A stretch of DNA of 43,453 nucleotides from a candidate division WOR-3 bacterium (GTDB lineage Bacteria; Hydrothermota; Tepidihabitantia; SM23-42; JAOAFX01). Each line of letters opens with the position of its first letter. The stretch's first letter is position 1. Shown here piece after piece: positions 40,205 to 43,453 of the stretch. The notes beneath the pieces were generated by a model, which was not told the DNA's origin, did not search any database, and saw only the letters and a list, made by a program, of their open reading frames with translations. The DNA is taken from positions 1 to 43,453 of the forward strand of contig JBBILZ010000018.1 in NCBI GenBank assembly GCA_037444665.1, read 5' to 3'. The position numbers and the translations under genes were made by a program.

Positions 40205-40213
40205 ATTAAAGGT

Positions 40214-41362
40214 ATGAATCTCGCTGAAGCAATTCGCAATTCCCACGCCCTGCTCTGCCTTGATTGTGGCAAGTGCACGGGCGTGTGCCCGGTCTCTAAA
40301 TTAAATCATAATTTTTCACCGCGGGTATTATTAAATAGGGCATTGCGGGCTAAGAATGAAGATTTATTTAAAGATAAAAACATCTGGCAGTGCCTGACTT
40401 GTGGACTCTGTAATGAACAGTGCCCGGCTGATATTAATTACATTGACTTAACTCAGGCGATCCGGTTTGAGGCATTAAAACTTGGTGAAGAGGCATTATG
40501 TTCGCATGGTGGTGCAGCACAGTCTTTAATGAGAATAATGTCTTCACCCGAACTGAGCCCCAAACGGATGGAGTGGCTTGATAAGAATTTAAAAGTTGGC
40601 GAAACTGGTGATACTCTCTATTTTGTTGGTTGTGCCCCATTTTTTGATGTGTTATTCAGTGATATTGTAGCCGTATCAACAAAGACCGGTAATGATACAA
40701 TAAAAATTTTAAATTATCTTGATATTACACCGGTTATACTTAAAGAAGAAAGGTGTTGTGGTCATGATTTGTTATGGCAGGGCGATTTTGAAAATTTTAA
40801 AAAGCTCGCTGAGTTTAATATAAAATTAATGAAGGATGCAGGAATAAAAAAGATAATATTTTCCTGCCCTGAATGTTATCGCACCTTCAGGATTGATTAT
40901 GCAAGATATTTTGATTTTAAAATAGAGATGTACCACATTTCAGAGATTATTTCTCAGGCAGTGAGTGAAAAGAAGTTAAAATTAAAAGAGTTTGCAAAAA
41001 TTGTAACATTTCAGGACCCGTGCAGATTGGGCAGGCACCTTGGTATCTATGAGGAGCCGAGAAAGGTAATGAATGCAATCCCGGGACTCATTTTAAAAGA
41101 GATGAGGCACAACAAGAATCGGGCAATCTGTTGCGGCGTGAGTGCCTGGATGAATTGTTCCAATTATTCAAAAAGGATTCAGATAAGGCGATTAAAAGAG
41201 GCAAAAGAGACAGGTGCTGAATTATTAATCCTTGCCTGTCCCAAGTGTGAAATCCACTTTAACTGTGCAATGAAAGAAGCACCTGAGGCACAGAGGCAGG
41301 ATGAGATAAAGATTGAAACGAAGAATTTCGTTAGTCTCGTTGCAGAAGCGATAGGAGATTAA
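40214..41362 (+). CDS. HdrD/GlpC-like Fe-S oxidoreductase (2x[4Fe-4S] plus two CCG domains)
   Basis: CLDCGKCTGVCP, CLTCGLCNEQCP, ERCCG, CPEC, QDPCRLGR, ICCG, ACPKC. Confidence 0.9.
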   Translation: MNLAEAIRNSHALLCLDCGKCTGVCPVSKLNHNFSPRVLLNRALRAKNEDLFKDKNIWQCLTCGLCNEQCPADINYIDLTQAIRFEALKLGEEALCSHGGAAQSLMRIMSSPELSPKRMEWLDKNLKVGETGDTLYFVGCAPFFDVLFSDIVAVSTKTGNDTIKILNYLDITPVILKEERCCGHDLLWQGDFENFKKLAEFNIKLMKDAGIKKIIFSCPECYRTFRIDYARYFDFKIEMYHISEIISQAVSEKKLKLKEFAKIVTFQDPCRLGRHLGIYEEPRKVMNAIPGLILKEMRHNKNRAICCGVSAWMNCSNYSKRIQIRRLKEAKETGAELLILACPKCEIHFNCAMKEAPEAQRQDEIKIETKNFVSLVAEAIGD

Positions 41363-41416
41363 ATATGGAGATAAATTCGAAATTCGAAATCCGAAATCCG
41401 AAACAAAATCTAAATT

Positions 41417-41539
41417 GTAGCGCCCGATTTCCCCATTTTTCTTGTAGCGCCCGACTTCAGTCGGGCGATGATATCCGTCGTCCATCTAAAGATGGACGCT
41501 ACAATGGAATTAATTGTAGCGTCCGACTTCAGTCGGACG
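41417..41539. repeat. Left REP cluster (GTAG-type palindromes)
   Basis: GTAGCGCCCGACTTCAGTCGGGCG (41444), CGTCCATCTAAAGATGGACGCTAC (41479), GTAGCGTCCGACTTCAGTCGGACG (41516), plus a partial copy at 41417. Confidence 0.9.
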
Positions 41540-41550
41540 AAAAAACAAAA

Positions 41551-42020
41551 TTAACTGATTACAAAACCTTTGGCAGAAGCCATGCGCCTCGCCTGAGAGA
41601 AATAGACTACAAAAAATTAATATATCCAATCCATATTATCGTTGGAACGCACCAGCGGCAGCCGTTTTTCCTACAAAAAAGATTTTCAGAAGTTATAATA
41701 GAAGAAATAGAAAAATTTGATAAATACATCGTTGCCTGGTGTTTAATGCCTGATCATTTACATCTTTTATTTAATCCTGATGGTAAAGAAATAAATATAC
41801 TTAATATAATTAAGCTTATAAAGGAAGAACCTCCCGGAAAATCAATTATCTCTATGGCGTGCAAAAAATCTGGCAAGAAAGTTTCTATGACCATATCCTA
41901 AGAAAAGAAGAGAAAATTGAACAAGTCTCGTTATATATACTAAATAATCCGGTAAGAAAAGAAATTATAGACGATTGGCAAAAATATCCCTATTCATGGT
42001 CGAGGTACTATGAGAAGTAA
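41551..42020 (+). pseudogene. REP-associated tyrosine transposase (RAYT, Y1/HUH), frameshifted
   Basis: HAPRLREIDY...WCLMPDHLHLL...KLIK, then after a 1-bp loss near 41821 GRTSRKIN...WQESFYDHILR...YILNNPVR...YPYS. Start uncertain. Confidence 0.88.
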
Positions 42021-42051
42021 TCTATTCGACCCAATACCTTTTTATTTTTGT

Positions 42052-42297
42052 GATAACGCCCGACTCTCCTATTCTTATTGTAACGCCCGACTTCAGTCGG
42101 GCGATGAAATCTCTCGTCCATCTAAAGATGGACGCTACGGGGAAAATTTGTTTCATTCTTGCTGTAGTGTCCAGTTTCAACTGGACGGAGAAAAAAATGT
42201 TCGTCCATCTAAAGATGGACGCTACAAAAGAATAAATTGTAGCGCCCGACTTCAGTCGGGCGAAAAACCCTCCCGTGCATCTAAAGATGGAAGCTAC
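42052..42297. repeat. Right REP cluster, three inverted doublets
   Basis: Copies at 42080/42115, 42164/42202 and 42239/42274, plus a partial copy near 42052. Confidence 0.9.
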
Positions 42298-42336
42298 CAA
42301 GAAAAAATAAGGATAAACCTAAAATAGAGGGATTTT

Positions 42337-42807
42337 ATGGAAAAAGAGAAGGTCATAGTCAATTTTCGTTTCCGTGATAAATTGAATCAGGTTCCTGGTG
42401 GCAAGCACCATAACTATTGTTATCAATGTAGTGCCTGTGTTGCCTCCTGCCCGGCCGCAAGATTTACAAAAAAATTCAATCCCCGTGTAATACTATTACA
42501 GACACTCCTCGGAATGGAGGAGGACCTGACTGGTAAGGATTCACCAATCTGGCTCTGCACCAATTGTTATGCCTGTTATGAAAGGTGTCCGCAGGATGTC
42601 CGTCCCATAGAAGTGATTATCGCTTTAAAAAATATCTGTGTAGAAAAAGGCACGGCACCAGAAAATCTTACTAAACTATCAGAGAATATCGGTAAGACCG
42701 GTATTAGTGTTGCGGTAACCTCAGCAGTTAATCGTATCCGTCAGGAACTCGGATTGCCTGAACTAAAGAAAATCCCTGTTGATGAATTGAAACAGATAAC
42801 AGAATAA
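42337..42807 (+). CDS. hdrC: Heterodisulfide reductase subunit C
   Basis: CYQCSACVASCP, FNPR, IWLCTNCYACYERCPQDV. Confidence 0.9.
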   Translation: MEKEKVIVNFRFRDKLNQVPGGKHHNYCYQCSACVASCPAARFTKKFNPRVILLQTLLGMEEDLTGKDSPIWLCTNCYACYERCPQDVRPIEVIIALKNICVEKGTAPENLTKLSENIGKTGISVAVTSAVNRIRQELGLPELKKIPVDELKQITE

Positions 42808-42993
42808 CTCCAATCACCCTTAGGGTCAGGTCTTAACCTTTAACCGTTTGCATTCCCGGCTTTTCTGCCTTTGATTGACGAGAAATAAGAATCTGCTCTG
42901 AATTTGCACCATCCCCTTCACCCCATGGCAGCCCAAGAGCGAGTTGGCAGCACTTTTCAGCAAGGTAAAATTTTGAAATTCTGTTTTTTTCTT

Positions 42994-43159
42994 GTCATTG
43001 CGAGGCAACGCAGTTGCCGAAGCAATCTCATCTGTTATTGAATATATCAGGGATTGCGAGCCTTTGCCTTCGGCAAAGGCTCGCAATGACATTAAAGATG
43101 AATAGTGCGGGCTAATTGATATTGAATAACAGCAGATTCTTCACTTCGCTCTGAATGAC
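42994..43159. repeat. GTCATT...AATGAC-type palindromic repeats
   Basis: GTCATTGCGAGGCAACGCAGTTGCCGAAGCAATCTC ... 16-bp perfect stem ATTGCGAGCCTTTGCC-TTC-GGCAAAGGCTCGCAAT-GAC; further copy AGATTCTTCACTTCGCTCTGAATGAC. Confidence 0.75.
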
Positions 43160-43453
43160 AATTTTTTAATAATGTTCGAGGCTTATTAACTATTTTGGTA
43201 AATGTGATTTTAAATAATGAAATTCATCTACTTCATTTAGGTAAAGAATTAATCCAACATAAATCATTAGTAAAACGTAAATATTTGTTTTTCCCAAATT
43301 ACTTTTTATTAAAATTGCATATTATAAAACTGGGGGGATGGCAAGAACGCACTTATGTAATGCGCACACACATCCTTACCACCTTTCCAGTAAGAATTAC
43401 TACTGAGGTTATCTAAAATTACTGGTGGGAATAGGGCAATATTTTCGTTGAGG

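Noticed and set aside
41417..42297. CRISPR array
   Set aside because: Repeats alternate in orientation and type, spacers are short and irregular, they flank a RAYT, and no cas genes are present.
42010..42327. ORFs across the right REP cluster
   Set aside because: They are translations of REP repeats (ARLQSG, RPSKDGRY) with no independent coding evidence.
42826..43453. IS remnant or CDS in the terminal fragments
   Set aside because: Only short ORFs with no convincing transposase motif or paired terminal repeats.

Overview
AT-rich bacterial window from a probable anaerobe. The secreted proteins with T9SS-A/FlgD-like C-terminal domains and the gene content suggest an FCB-related lineage such as WOR-3 (inference only). 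Left to right: a frameshifted secreted beta-propeller gene running off the left edge; an ABC-2 ATPase/permease pair plus a saccharopine/lysine dehydrogenase; pyrR-pyrB-pyrC divergent from a carbamate kinase; a Yip1 protein; four secreted CTD-bearing proteins divergent from an HTH-TPR-BTAD regulator whose 3' end is duplicated around a HEPN-MNT pair; mfd; a sigma54 two-component module with archaemetzincin and a Cys-rich GcvH-like protein; and a ~15 kb redox operon. That operon encodes HdrL-like HdrA, 2-oxoacid:ferredoxin oxidoreductase delta-alpha-beta-alpha-beta-gamma, a selenocysteine double HdrA, MvhD, an HdrD-like protein and HdrC. It is interrupted by a four-helix-bundle cassette with inverted heptamer arms and by a REP-flanked, frameshifted RAYT transposase. 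Main leads: reciprocally degenerate oxidoreductase subunits, an in-frame UGA with a SECIS-like hairpin, the inverted-arm cassettes, the regulator 3'-end duplication and many near-leaderless promoters. All calls come from motif recognition by eye; no searches were run.
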